Assembly: GCA_951406725.2 (NCBI GenBank)
Contig: OX597814.1
Coordinates: 130,262,001 to 130,326,000 of the forward strand
Direction of reading: 5' to 3'
Source: Octopus vulgaris
Lineage: Eukaryota
Length of the DNA: 64,000 bases
Position numbers and translations under genes: made by a program. The number at the start of each line of letters is the position of its first letter. The first letter of the stretch is position 1. The notes beneath the pieces were generated by a model that was not told where the DNA came from, ran no database searches, and saw nothing but the letters and a program-made list of their open reading frames with translations. Of the stretch, positions 10,606 through 23,471 are shown one piece after another.

Positions 10606-12166
10606 ATTAATTCTTAATTTCTTGGTATAATCGTCCCTTTTCTCCTGGAGTCACTAAAAATTGCCATATAGTGTTTTTGCTTGTTTGCCTTCTTCAACTG
10701 AGATGCAAGTTTCAGTTAATTGAAAAGAAAAAAAAAAAAGGAACTGTGTATATCGTTCAGCTCTTCATCCCCTGCCAGACTTACAATGTAAACATACCAT
10801 CGTAATGTCATTGCATTTATTTCATCTTTTCGTTCCTTTCTCCTGGGTGACTATTAAAGAACATTTAGAGTCGCGAAGGGATATGGATAGTAAATACATT
10901 CGGAAAGACGTCTGAATGCGGACGAAAACCTTTTTAATGAAATTTACAGACTTCGATTTTAATGTTATGGTTATAATTTGATCTGTTTAACGGTTATATA
11001 GAAACAAAATAGAGATAATGAACAATATAAAGGACTCGCACGATGAATCATATATCAGGGGAAAAAAGATAGTATAATAAGAGAAAGAGAGAAGACGAGG
11101 AAAAAGAATCACTGACAAAACAAAAACTTCATTTTCTACATATTCTGTTACACCGCCGTTAAAATACATTTCCGTATCCTACCCAATCTGGTGCTATCTA
11201 TTTTCTGATTTAGTTTTGAACGTCAACCTCTAATAAATGTAACCTTCTGAGAATTTTCCTCGTATAGCATATAGCGTAATACAAGACTGTTGACGCCCAT
11301 CATCGTTTCTTTCTAGAAATCGTAAAAACGTACGCTGAGTTTAAATGAATTAATAAAACGTTCATATAAATCGAAATTGATTTCTTTTAACTTTTGAACG
11401 AAGAATCATTGTTATTGTCATCACGACTTGACTTCTGGCTTTGAATTCTTGACTACAGTATCGTATATCTTCAAAAGGGAATTAGGTAATAACAATATAT
11501 ATTTTAACATCACAGGAAAACGATTCGTTTGAACCCGTAGGGGAAATGTTAAATAACAATTTTCTAGCACAGACGCAAGACTAGGAAATTGAACTGAAAG
11601 GAGGTAGGGAGGGGTTTGTCGATAGATCCCAGTACTTTACAGTTACGTTAAATGAAGTTTTTGTTTTGTCAGTGATTCTTTTTCCTCGTCTTCTCTCTTT
11701 CTCTTATCTTTTTTCCCCTAATATATGATGCATCGTGCGAGTCCTTTATATTGTTCATTATCTCTATTTTGTTTCTATATCACCGTTAAACAGATCAAAT
11801 TATAACCATAACATTAAAATCAAAGTCTGTAAATTTCATTTAAAAGGTTTTCGTCCACATTCAGACGTCTTTCCGAATGTATTCACTATCCATATCCCCT
11901 CGCGACTCTAAATGTTCTTTAATAGTCAACCAGGAGAAAGGAACGAAAAGATGAAATAAATGCAATGACACTCCGATGGTATGTTTACATTGTAAGTCTG
12001 GCAGGGGATGAAGAGCTGAACGATATACACAGTTCCTTTTTTTTTCTTTTCAATTAACTGAAACTTGCATCTCAGTTGAAGAAGGCAAACAAGCAAAAAC
12101 ACTATATGGCAATTTTTAGTGACTCCAGGAGAAAAGGGACGATTATACCAAGAAATTAAGAATTAA
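10606..12166. repeat. Near-perfect long inverted repeat (arms about 10606-11133 and 11651-12166)
   Basis: Arms are reverse complements with few mismatches, e.g. cttggtataatcgtcccttttctcctggag / ctccaggagaaaagggacgattataccaag; spacer about 520 bp. Confidence 0.92.
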
Positions 12167-12325
12167 TGTATTAACTGCGAGAGGATGAAAGATTATGTTG
12201 ACGTCGGTGTGATTTGAACCTAGAATATAAAGTGCTGGGACAAATACCGTAAGGCATTTTCTCCGATGCTCTAACGATTATAATGACATGTCTCTCACAA
12301 AGACATACTGTAGTCGAGTATAGGA

Positions 12326-12650
12326 GTACTCCGTCGGTTACGACGACGGGGGTCCTAGCTTATACGATCAACGGAACAGCCTTCTCGTGAAATTAACATG
12401 CAAGTGGCTGAGCACTCCACAGACACGTGTACCACTAACGTAGTTCTCAGGGAGATTCAGCGTGACACATAGTGTAACAAGGCTGGCTCTTTGAAATACA
12501 GGTACAACTCATTTTTGCCAGCTGAATGGACTGGAGCAACGTGAAATAAAGTGTCTTACTCAAGGACACAATGCGTCGCCGGGAATCGAACTCATGACCT
12601 TACGAACAATCGTGAGCCGATTGCCCTAACCACTAAGCCACGCGCCTTCA
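12326..12650 (-). mobile_element. tRNA-head SINE family C (tail type 1)
   Basis: Head GGCGCGTGGCTTAGTGGTTAGG...GAGTTCGATTCCC; body and tail shared with 15967-16276. Confidence 0.85.
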
Positions 12651-13044
12651 CAAGTATACTTCTTCGAGTATACTTCTTCCAGTAATACAGGATTCTTGTG
12701 TTACTGAAAGTCTATAAGAGCGTTGAAATGGCACAGTAGTTAGAGAGTTGATTAGGAATTCTGCATGTTAATTGTTCCGGTTCGTATCTATAGCTAAGTG
12801 AATCCATACTGCGAGGGTTATGTATCTTGACTAAAGAGCGCTAACGATTAGTTATGATATACTCATCAAATCTAATCTAATTGCAAAGTATGTTGATGAA
12901 TCCTTAGCGATTCCTTTCATAGGAGTTCATTACTTTTGTTCGACTAAACGTTAACAAACTTCATTTCTACATATTCTGTTACACTGCCCTTAAAATACAT
13001 TTCCATATCCTACCCAATCTGGTACTATATATTTGCCGATTTAC

Positions 13045-13477
13045 TTGTTACTTGTTTCACTCATTCGACAGCGGCCATGCTGGTGCACAACTTGAAGGGT
13101 TTTTTCCAAGAGAAATGGTCCTCAGAATTTATGGTCATTTTTTTTATATATCCGGTACTAATTCGCTTTTCTGAACCTCTAAGTTACAGGCACATAAACA
13201 AACATCAGATTTTAAGCAGTGCGGAAGGACAAACCCAGACTCAAAAAAGCACGCACATACACATAGGCGCACACTCGCTCATTCACTCACATATATGTAT
13301 GTATACACGATGGGCTTCTACATAGTTTCCGTTAACCAAATTCATTCACAAAGCATCGGTCGATAGAAGGCTATTATAATAGAAGACACCTGCGCGAGAT
13401 GCCATACAATGGGACTGCACTTGAAAACAACTGCTTGCAAAGCAAGCATCTCAACCTTACAGACATGCCTGCACCTG
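13045..13477 (-). mobile_element. SINE family B, degraded
   Basis: gcggccatgctgg...gggcttct...ggctattataatagaagacac matches family B. Confidence 0.6.
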
Positions 13478-13535
13478 TAAGATAAATGGCAGAAATATAT
13501 TTGGATCAATTTTATGCAATTTTTATTATTTTGTA

Positions 13536-13912
13536 CTTTAGGCACAAGGGCCGAATTGTCAGGGGAGGGGGCCAGTCGATTACATCGACTCCAGTACGCA
13601 ACTGGTACTTCATTTATCGACCCCGAAAAGATAAAAAGCAAAGTCGATCACGGCGGAATTTGAACTCAGAGCGCAAAGACAGACGAAATACCCATTTCTT
13701 TACTACCCTCAAGGGGCTAAACACAGAGAGGACAGACAAACGGATTAAGTCGATTACATTGACCCCATTGCGTAACTGGTGCTTAATTTATTGACCCCGA
13801 AAGGATGAAAGGCAAAGTCGACCTCGGCGGAATTTGAACTCAGAACGTAACTGCAGACGAAATACAGCTACGCATTTCGCCCGGCGTGCTAGCGTTTCTG
13901 CCACTCGCCACC
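13536..13912 (-). mobile_element. SINE family A, internally duplicated (dimeric)
   Basis: Two successive cores (gtcgac/ggcggaatttgaactcaga) carrying two different tails. Confidence 0.85.
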
Positions 13913-13979
13913 TTATGCACTTTATATTCTTGCCTACAATATGTAATCACAGTCCATCGTAAGAAATAATTATTATCTT

Positions 13980-14298
13980 CGACCCCTTCGGTCGTGACTG
14001 ACCATGGAACTGCACCTAGAAAGTTACCCTCCGAGGCACAAGTCCGGGCAAGGTTGTTTATGGAAGACCAGCAGTCGCCCATGTATACCGGCCTCCCCTC
14101 TCCACGCCATCAGTGTTATCCAAGGGAGAGGTAAATGTCGATACAGATTGGCACCTGTGACGTCGCAACTCATTTCTGCAGCTGAGTGAAACTGGAGCAA
14201 TGTGAGATAAAGTGTCTTGCTCAAGAACACAACACGCAGCCCGGTCCGGGATTCGAGCTCACAACTTCACGATCGTAAGCTCGACGCTCTAACCACTG
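13980..14298 (-). mobile_element. tRNA-head SINE family C (tail type 3)
   Basis: cagtggttagagcgtcgagcttacgatcgtgaag...ctcgaatcccggacc head plus family C core. Confidence 0.8.
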
Positions 14299-14374
14299 CA
14301 GTAAAAGTGCAGTAAATTGTAGAATCAATAGTGAGGTGGACATAATGCTGTACGGTATGTGGTTACGTTTCTGA

Positions 14375-14587
14375 AGGCGGCGCGCTGGCAGAAACATTAG
14401 CACGCCGGGCGAAATGCGTAGCTGTATTTCGTCTGCCGTTACGTTCTGAGTTCAAATTCCGCCGAGGTCGACTTTGCCTTTCATCTTTTCGGGGTCGATA
14501 AATTAAGTACCAGTTACTTAATCCGTTTGTCTGTCCTTGTTTGTCCTCTCTGTGTTTGGCCCCTTGTGGGGAGTAAAGAAATAGGTA
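14375..14587 (+). mobile_element. SINE family A with target-site duplication
   Basis: Flanked by GGTATGTGGTTACG at about 14354 and 14584. Confidence 0.88.
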
Positions 14588-14624
14588 TGTGGTTACGCTT
14601 CTCTCTCTCTCGTCTGTCTGTCTC

Positions 14625-14677
<53 letters not shown>

Positions 14678-14954
14678 GTCTCTCTCTCTCTGTCTCTCTC
14701 TTTCTCTCTCTTCTGTCTCTGTCCTTCTGTCGCTTTTTCCTTTCTTTGGTGAGTTCAAATCTCACCAAGTTCGAATTTGAGACTCATCCTTACACGAGAA
14801 TAAAACATAATTACTAATTAGATACTGAAGTTGACTGAATCGCTCATAGCACTTACAAATACCTAACTTTATACGTTGTTAAGAAATCCATTCACAAATA
14901 TACAATATATATAGTAAGAAATTAACGTATCTCTCCCTCTTTATTTCTGTGTTC

Positions 14955-14990
14955 CTTTCTGACGAAGAGCGAAGGCTCGAAATGTAAAAG
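14955..14990 (+). ncRNA. Minimal type I hammerhead motif (Penelope-like)
   Basis: CTTT-CTGACGA-A-GAGC gaag GCTC-GAAA-TG-TA-AAAG; a degenerate direct repeat lies at about 15380-15420. Confidence 0.55.
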
Positions 14991-15509
14991 ACTTTCTCAC
15001 TTCCCGAGCGTTAAACTAATAAACTAACACATCACACACCACCATACCATACCACATCACACCATCCGGCACACACTCGCACTGACCACTTCCCAGCACC
15101 CACACTAGCGCACACACTCGCACTGACCACTTCCTACCACCTACACCATCATCCACACACCCACTCATGCACACAAGTACACGTCGATATCACCAACCCC
15201 TTCCACACGCACATACATGCTCTCACACATACACGCACGAACACCTTCGTTTTGGGATCACTACTACTTTATTATCTCCCATCTTCCTAGCTCTCCTGTA
15301 TGACCCCTCTGTCCGGCATTCGCCATGATAGATAGCTAGCCACTAAAACTTTTTCTTTCCCTGTTTATTTTCTTGTGTTCCTTTCTTTCGAAAAGCGTAG
15401 AATCGAAACGTAAAAGACTTTTCTCACTTCCCAAGCGTTAAACTAATACATCTGTTTGTTGTTTACACACCCGTCTTCGAATTCTCAATATATATGTGAA
15501 TTCTCAATA

Positions 15510-15557
<48 letters not shown>

Positions 15558-15966
15558 TATATATGCATATATACACACACATATACCTGTATACACATAC
15601 ATACACATATATAGTTAGCCAGATAGAAAGATAATCAGAAAGACATATACTACATGCATGCGAACATATACCTACGCACTTATATAATTATACGGAAACT
15701 GTCATGATGAAGATCAAAACATCTCGAGGCAAATATCTCAATGTGAAATGGACAAAGTGCACAGCATTTCCAGACGTTGCCATAGCAATATCTTTGATTT
15801 ACAAAACACGCAAAAGACAAATTACATGTTGAAAAGTTTGAGATACGAAAATTATGTTTTTCGAAGTTGTATTACTTTTACAGGTGTATACATCTGAAAC
15901 TGTGTTTTCAGAGCGTCTTGAGAAGAAATGATTAACATACTGAGGAGAAAAATTTGATAACTAACT

Positions 15967-16276
15967 GGTACTCCGTCGGTTACAACGACGAGAATTCCAG
16001 TTCTTCCGATCAAACGAATAGCTTGCTCGTGAAATTAACGTGCATATGGCTGAGCATTCAACGGACATATGTACTCTTAACGTGGTTCTCAGAGAGATTC
16101 AGCGAAGTACAGAGTGTGACAAGACTGGCTCTTTGAAATACAGGTACAACTCATTTTTTGCCAGCTGAGTGGACAGAAGCAACGTGAAATAAAGTGTCTT
16201 GCTCAAGGACACAACGCGTCGCCGGGAAGTGAACTCAGGACATTGCAATCGTGGGCCAAATGCCCTAACCACTAAG
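15967..16276 (-). mobile_element. tRNA-head SINE family C (tail type 1)
   Basis: Colinear with 12326-12650. Confidence 0.85.
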
Positions 16277-16325
16277 CAAACACATACACACACATATGCG
16301 TCCATGCGCACATTCACACACTACA

Positions 16326-16361
<36 letters not shown>

Positions 16362-16442
16362 TATACATATATACATATATATATATATATATGCATATAT
16401 ACATATATATATACATATGTACATATATATATATACATATAT

Positions 16443-16494
<52 letters not shown>

Positions 16495-16671
16495 TCACAC
16501 ATATTTATAAAGCGAAAGGAGGAGAGAAAGTGAGAGAGAAAAGAGAGAGAGAGATGGCTGGGCTGGGAATAGTGACGAGAAAGAAGTATAAAATAACTTA
16601 AAAGATTTTAATATGAAGAAATAAATCTGGTTGAACGTTTCCCAAAATAAATATGCATACTCTCTGTGCGC

Positions 16672-16707
<36 letters not shown>

Positions 16708-16883
16708 GTTTCTCCCTCTCTTTCTCCACTTAATGTCTTCCATACTTTTATAAACTTTCTATACATCCGTAAATGATTTGTTTTCACGACAGTGTATCTT
16801 AAAATTTTTGTAATCGTGTCGTCTGTTGTCACTGCGCTAAATAAAAGAAATCACAACCCTATCATAATCATTAGCATTATTTG

Positions 16884-16917
16884 TAGTGGTAGTGATAGTG
16901 GTGGTAGCAGCAGCAGC

Positions 16918-16953
<36 letters not shown>

Positions 16954-16973
16954 GGTGGTGGTGGTGGTGGTGG

Positions 16974-17004
<31 letters not shown>

Positions 17005-17095
17005 GGTGGTGCTGGTGGCGGAGGTGGCGGTGGTAGTAGTAGTAGTAGTGGTAGTAGTTGGTGGTGGTAGTAGTAGGTGTTGTTGTTGTTGTTGT

Positions 17096-17130
<35 letters not shown>

Positions 17131-17146
17131 GTGTTGTTGTTGTTGT

Positions 17147-17188
<42 letters not shown>

Positions 17189-17200
17189 TAGTAGTAGTGG
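16884..17200. repeat. Compound trinucleotide microsatellite (TAG/TGG/TTG)n
   Basis: Read directly from the sequence. Confidence 0.95.
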
Positions 17201-18049
17201 TTTCCTCTCACATGTCAGGTGTACGGTGCTAAACCATAATGGAAAATGTCTTTTATCTCTTGATTATTCATTCACACTTGAGAGTGAATGTCACGAGAGG
17301 AAATTAATATATAAGATATTTATTTTTCCTCTCGTGACATTCAATCTTAAACGCTTTCTGCCGTGTTGCAAACAAAATGTGAGTGGGGGAGGGGGAAACA
17401 CACAGAGACACAAACCAAGGAAAAGAAAAGGATAGGCAACGATTGAGACAGAGAGGAGGACAGGAGTAGAGAGAGAGGTAGAGAGGGGGAGAGAGATAGA
17501 GACAGAGACACAGGGAAAGAGTGAGAGAAATTATATAGAGGGGGATGGAAAAGAGAGAGAGTGAGAGGAATAGAGAAAGAGAGAAATAAAGATACATATA
17601 TACGAAGAATGAGAGAAAGAGTGATAGGGAGGCGAGTGAAGCGAGAGAAAGTAAGAGGAGCTTAAGAGGAAAGAAAGAGAGAGAGAGAGAGAGTGAGAGT
17701 GAGAGAAAGAGCAGTTGAAAAGAAAAGTGAATTCAACAAAGAATAGAATGAAATAATATTTTGTCACGGCGTATGATATGAGTGAATGATCTGTAAAAGA
17801 AATGTATGTGTGAGAGATATGTAGAGAGAGAGTAAGAGTAAAAGAGGGAGTGAGAGAAAGGGAAGAGAAGAGAGAGAAGGAAAGTGAAGGAAAGAGGAGA
17901 GTGTAGAAAAGAGAGAAGGACAGAAAGAGAGTATTAGAGACAGCGTGTGCGACTTTGGTTATTATGAGAATGTACAAGTGTTCATGTTTTTGTGTTTTGC
18001 GTAGTTTTGGTTTTGTATTGTTCGGATGAGGAAGGCAGCTTCTGTGACC

Positions 18050-18283
18050 CTTATTTCTTTATTGCCCTCAAGGTGCTAAACATAGAGGGGACAAGCAAGG
18101 ACAGACAAACGGATGAAGTCGATTACATCGACCCCAGTGCGTAACTGGTACTTAATTTATCGACCTCGAAAGGATGAAAGGCAAAGTCGATCTCGGCGGA
18201 ATTTGAACTCAGAACGTAACGGCAGACAAAATACGGCTACGCATTTCGCCCGACGTGCTAACGATTCTGCCAGCTCGCCGCCT
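18050..18283 (-). mobile_element. SINE family A, full length
   Basis: Full consensus match; TGACCCTT on both flanks. Confidence 0.88.
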
Positions 18284-18393
18284 TTCCATGACCCTTGTTA
18301 GGGTCTATGAGGCCGGTGGAGAGTGAAGAAGGGAGGAAACTGTCTCCAAACCAGAAATCATGACTTGGAGGATTTTTGCAGCAGAATGGACTT

Positions 18394-18634
18394 AAGGCGG
18401 CGAGCTGGCAGAAACGTTAGCACGCCGGGCGAAATGCTTTGTGGTATTTCGTCCGCCGCTGCGTTCTGTGTTCAAATTCTGCCGAGGTCAACTTTCAACT
18501 TTACCTTTCACCCTTTCAGGGTCGATAAATTAGGTACCAGTGATGCACTGGTGTTGATGTAATCGACTTAATCCGTTTTCTGTACTTGTTTGTCCCCTCT
18601 GTGTTTAGCCCCTTGTGGGCAATAAAGGAATAAG
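18394..18634 (+). mobile_element. SINE family A, full length with TSD
   Basis: AGAATGGACTTAAGG at 18383-18397 and 18633-18647. Confidence 0.9.
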
Positions 18635-18693
18635 AATGGACTTAAGGTACTTAAAAATCTGTCGTGGTGTTAAATCAGGTGAATGGTTGGAAT

Positions 18694-18752
18694 CAGTGGT
18701 TCTCAACCGGTGTCCATAAGACCCTTGGGGTGGGGTCCATATAAAATTTTTT
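18694..18752 (+). mobile_element. hAT-like terminus fragment
   Basis: CAGTGGTTCTCAAC start typical of hAT/Charlie-type MITE ends; the other end was not found. Confidence 0.4.
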
Positions 18753-18812
18753 GTCGAAGTTTTTGTTGATAGACACATAACCTTCAAACCTTTCTTGGAT
18801 CGTTGCATTATA

Positions 18813-19363
18813 TTGGGTTGTCCGGAAAGTTCGTACAGATTTTTAAAGGAAAGAAAAAGGTCGATAAATACTTGCCATTACATTTTTAATCAACCAAATA
18901 TGAACCATTTTGTTGCACAATTAGTCTCCATCTTTCCTTTAACTTGAAGATACCCTCTTCCCAGAAATGAGGTGGTTTCATGACAAAGAATTCATCAAGG
19001 TATCTTTTTACGTCATCCAAGGAATTGAAATTTTTACCATTACGACTATTCTACAGAGACCTGAATTAGTGGAAATCCGAAGGAGCAATATCTGGTGAAT
19101 ATGGAGGGTGGGGTAACACATCCCAGCCGAGCTGCAGCAATTTTTGTCTGGTTCCCAAAGCTGAAAATGAACTTTCTTATCTTCTATTTTAAAGGGTTAC
19201 AAAATTAACACAGGTTATAGGAACATAAGCCTTCTTCCATGAAAAGATACCTTAAACTGTACTCTAAATGGAGGTGAAGTCAAATTCTATTTTATAGACT
19301 CAACCTAAAATAAGTCGAAAGGTAAGCTACTATAAATCGGCGCGAACTTTCCGGACAACCTAA
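18813..19363 (-). mobile_element. Internally deleted mariner element
   Basis: TA-flanked TIRs TTGGGTTGTCCGGAAAGTTCG / CGAACTTTCCGGACAACCTAA; minus strand encodes GWDVLPHPPYSPDIAPSDFH*FRSL (mariner YSPDLAP-type motif) with stops. Confidence 0.92.
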
Positions 19364-19699
19364 TACGTGGCCCAGTATCCCGGCACCCCTTCGTCTTACT
19401 AAACTTGTCTTTATTCTCAGCTGCTTTTGAATTTCGATATACGATATTTGTTGGTTGACAATCTCTACCCTCTTCATCAACCTCATTCTACAGTCGATGA
19501 CTTTATGAACGTCATCTTCTTCACTGGTGAACATCTCACTGCTTTCATTGATTTTAAGCCAACGGAGCGACGAATAAATACTTGCTTCTGTGGATCACAA
19601 AACCAAGAAAGACTAAGTTGTCTGTGTTTGGTCTCTATTTAAAAAAGTTATTTATGTCGATGGTATTGAATCGACGAGTCTCATAATACAAGATCATAA

Positions 19700-20040
19700 A
19701 ACATTAGATAAACTTAGCTATGTTTCGACCAAAGATTGGTCTAGGTCATGTCTAACTTAATAGCGCCACCTGATAGGATTATCTAAATCCTGTTTAAGTC
19801 AAGTTTTGGTTATGATCAATTCAAGTAGTGAGTTCTTGTTGAGTGAGTTGAATCCAGGTATGGGTGGCTTATCCGGTATTCCTCGAAGAAATCTGTCCAG
19901 ACTCCGTTTAAAGGTGATGGGATCCTTTTCCTCTTTGATCTCTTTCGGGACAATGTTAAACAGAGCAGGGCTTGTTAAGGAAAAGAAATTATGTCGCAGT
20001 GTATCTATATGCTGTGATCCTGAATTGGGCAGAGGACTTC
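19700..20040 (-). mobile_element. CR1-group LINE 3' end fragment
   Basis: Translates to PALFNIVPKEIKEEKDPITFKRSLDRFLRGIPDKPPIPGFNSLNKNSLL, then a 3' UTR hairpin GACC..GGTC. Confidence 0.7.
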
Positions 20041-20339
20041 TTTAAAAAACAAAACCGATGTAACTTGAAATATTTCAGGATCAGTACATTTATGTATGAC
20101 AATAATATTTATTTCCACTTGCAGTTCATATTATGTAGGGAAATGCCTTAGATTCAGAATATTATTCCTTTCTCTTGTTCTTACAGCTGCTTTTCATTTT
20201 TGCTGCACTTCTACCGGGTGGTCACTAATATAGACTCACCAAATATATCCACCTGTGTATTAGTTACTTTGGGGCTCAGATCTTCACCCTCATCACCAGC
20301 CTAACTCTAAAGTTTTACTGTTGTTACGTTGACGACTTT

Positions 20340-20790
20340 ATGGCTGCCACCTCCTCACAGTGGACAGCTCGCCGCTTTTATTGCCTTCAGTTATTCCTTC
20401 CACGCTGCCTTAGAATTCACCTCTAACTTCACAGGTAGATCTTTCTATTCACCATACCAACCTATTCACCTATATCTTACTACAGATTATCCTAATTACT
20501 TCCTATCTGCTATCCTCTAATCCCTATTCTTCTACCAATCTACCATCAATCTGCCTGTGTCTCGTCAAAGACAGTACCCCAGTCTCCTGCTATGTATCCG
20601 TCCCAAAGTTCTCCCCAACCTCAGCTCTCTCCGACCGCCCAACTTCTCCGACGGAGCTTCTTACAAAACATCTGCTTTCTCTTATCTGACTATACTTCTT
20701 CCCACATCTTTCCTAAATACTCCCTCCCTTACTTCAGACGTGATCGCAGCGTAGGTGACTTTCTGGTCCGTAGTTCTTTTGCAAGACAAG
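20340..20790 (+). pseudogene. Degraded Penelope-like element RT/linker fragment
   Basis: QLAAFIAFSYSFHAALEFT and LLSDYTSSHIFPKYSLPYFRRDRSVGDFLVRS resemble the PLE motifs FHPxxxFT and FRRxxxLxDxLVRS. Confidence 0.65.
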
Positions 20791-21801
20791 CAAATGCATC
20801 GGTAAGGCTTGGTTGATGGTGAGGATGTAGGGCTAGCTTGTTCAGATGAGCGGATGTCATTAAAGTGGCAGAGGAAGAGGACTTGTACGTCTGTTTGCAA
20901 CTGCCGCTGAACGCTGGTTGATTGATTTGATGTCTTATTGCTGCAGTTTATAATGGCATCAGTACCATTCGAATGCGGGTCTAAATTAAGCTTTGCAAAT
21001 GAATAGCAACAATTCAGTGCTTCAAATTTTTCTAACCCTGAAGGGCAAACCTCGTCTTTGCGGTGTCGTTTGGCAATGCCTGTGGTAGCCACCTTAAAAG
21101 ATTATGAGTGACTAAGGAGGATTTAACAGTTAAATCGACTTTGAAGAGTTTAGTCATATGTTCATGCGTTTGGAGATGTAATTTTCCACATTTTAATGAT
21201 TATTGTGATTATGTCAAACAACACTCTATTGCGTGTCATTTCTCCATCGAAGGATTTTTGTCAAGATCCCTATGTATGTAAGCTGTGCCAATCTGGCTTG
21301 AAGTATCTTAGTCAGAAATGATACCCCGGTATACACGGTTAAGGAAGAGTTAAAGATGTTATAATTCTTTTAATTGTATGTGTGTGTGTGTATATGTGTG
21401 TGTCTGTGTTTAGAAGTATAACGAGAAACATTGATATACGCAACTGAGGACAACATAAATGAACCGTGAGATTGGCCGGAGTCATTGGAATGTCAAGAGC
21501 AGAAATATTTTTGTTGAATTTCTGAAGGATGAGATGCAATTTGTACGTGAAGTAGGAAAACAAATCGTGATAAATCTCGTTCTATAGAAAGTTTTGTATC
21601 CATTAGAATGTGAAGAGATTGAAGTAATTGTTTACGGCTGTTTCACGTTTGAAATGTTAGTAGGGAGAGCTATAGGTCACTGATTAGAAGATCGCAGAAT
21701 TTGACTTTCTTGCATGCTTCATGTGTTGCGTTATGTATAGGTCACAAATGTTTGTAAGTTGCAGTATTAATGTCTTTTTTTTTTTATCATCTAGTCAGAT
21801 A

Positions 21802-22015
21802 AGGGTGGCAAGCTGGCAGAATCGTTATCGCGCCGGCAAAAATTCTTAGCAGGATTTCATCCGTCCTTACGCCCTGAGTTCAAATTCCACCGAGGTCGAC
21901 TTTGCATTTAATACTTTCAGGATCGATAAAATAATTTCCAGTTTAGCACTAGGGTCGATGTCATCGATTCCCCTCCCGCGAAAATGCTGGCCTTGCGCCA
22001 AAATTTGAAACCATT
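21802..22015 (+). mobile_element. SINE family A
   Basis: Head, core and alternative tail. Confidence 0.8.
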
Positions 22016-22038
22016 ACTTAATCAGATAGGAATGTGTT

Positions 22039-22138
22039 NNNNNNNNNNNNNNNNNNNNNNNNNNNNNNNNNNNNNNNNNNNNNNNNNNNNNNNNNNNNNN
22101 NNNNNNNNNNNNNNNNNNNNNNNNNNNNNNNNNNNNNN
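22039..22138. other. Assembly gap (100 N)
   Basis: N run; the 17-mer TCAGATAGGAATGTGTT occurs on both sides. Confidence 0.98.
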
Positions 22139-23426
22139 TCAGATAGGAATGTGTTGTACCTGTGTCAATCTAATTTTCTTTTTTATCCAGCTCTACATTT
22201 CACTCACTTGGTAAATTTCACCAGAAAGTATACTTTTTCCACTTCACTATGTTCACTACATTGCATATATACACAGCAAGTCTGGAAGTACCTCTGGTCG
22301 CTTCAAACCAATGCAGTAACGAATATATACGTAGTTCTATTGGTCACAAATCCAAGAAAGACTACACTAAGTACCTCAGTTTACTCTCTATTAAAAGGGA
22401 TATTTTTGTGTTGATGCAATTGAATCATGGTCTTATATGACCAGATCGTAAAATAGGGGTCTCAAATTTTGGCGTTAGGTTTATGGATTAACTCGACTAC
22501 AGTGTTCAAACGGTACTTATTTTATCAACCCAAAATGAATGAAAGGTAAAGTCGACCCCGGCGTTATTTGAACTCGGAACGTAAAGACGAACGTAAAGAC
22601 GAATGGAATCTTTTAAAAATCGATAATTTTTAATCAGCATCGATTTTTCAAAAATCTGTAGGTCATTTCAATGCAAATTCTCATATGAATGTTATTTTCT
22701 TCCATAACTTTTAAAGTTTCCAACCGATTTTCTTGAAATTTTACACACAGATTGAATATGGACTGAGGATGAGATGAGGCAAATAAATTTTTACCTAGGC
22801 TACTCAAGCAAACAGTAAGATGATTTTTGATGAACTGATTAACGAAATTTGGCCTAAATTGTTGTGGGGTTAAAATGTTCGCCCATTATTTCAGCATTCT
22901 CAGGTTGCTGTAACATGTATCTTCTTAAAATTATCTGCACTTAAAATTATCGATTGTAAACTTTGCAGCGTTGTGTGCTAAAACATGTAACATGTATTTT
23001 CTTAACAGCTGCACTTAAAATTCTCGGTACTAATCGTTGCAATCGATATTTGATTCTCACGAAATATACCCATGGAACTATATCCATGAAACATAGTCGT
23101 CAAATTAAGTGTCTTTTCTGAAAATAATTTTTTGTTTACTTTTCAAACTTTTATGTTCTTTTCTTTTTTCATAGCACTTCTTTACAATTCTCTTCTTGAT
23201 GTTTCCATTGTTTATTGATTTGCAGCTTTCCGCTCATCTGACCAAACGATTGTCATTTTCCAATTCCACACGTACTTATTTATATAATTGTTTCGTGAAT
23301 GAATTTGCTTACGCCTTCTGTTATCTGTCCTATGTCTTGATTTCATTCTTCGTCTGAGAGAAATTAGGCGTTGTAATGGGCACTTAGAATATCTCCGCTC
23401 ACGGGTATTACCGAATACCTCAGCTA

Positions 23427-23467
<41 letters not shown>

Positions 23468-23471
<4 letters not shown>

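Noticed and set aside
13536-14587. Recurrent conserved units as a CRISPR-like array
   Set aside because: These are dispersed SINEs of irregular spacing and orientation in eukaryotic DNA; no cas genes.
16792-17435. Gly/Ser- or Thr-rich ORFs as a structural protein
   Set aside because: Pure trinucleotide repeats open in most frames, with no unique coding flanks.
22022-22155. 17-bp direct repeat flanking the N run, resembling a TSD
   Set aside because: Most simply overlapping contig ends joined with a nominal 100-N gap.
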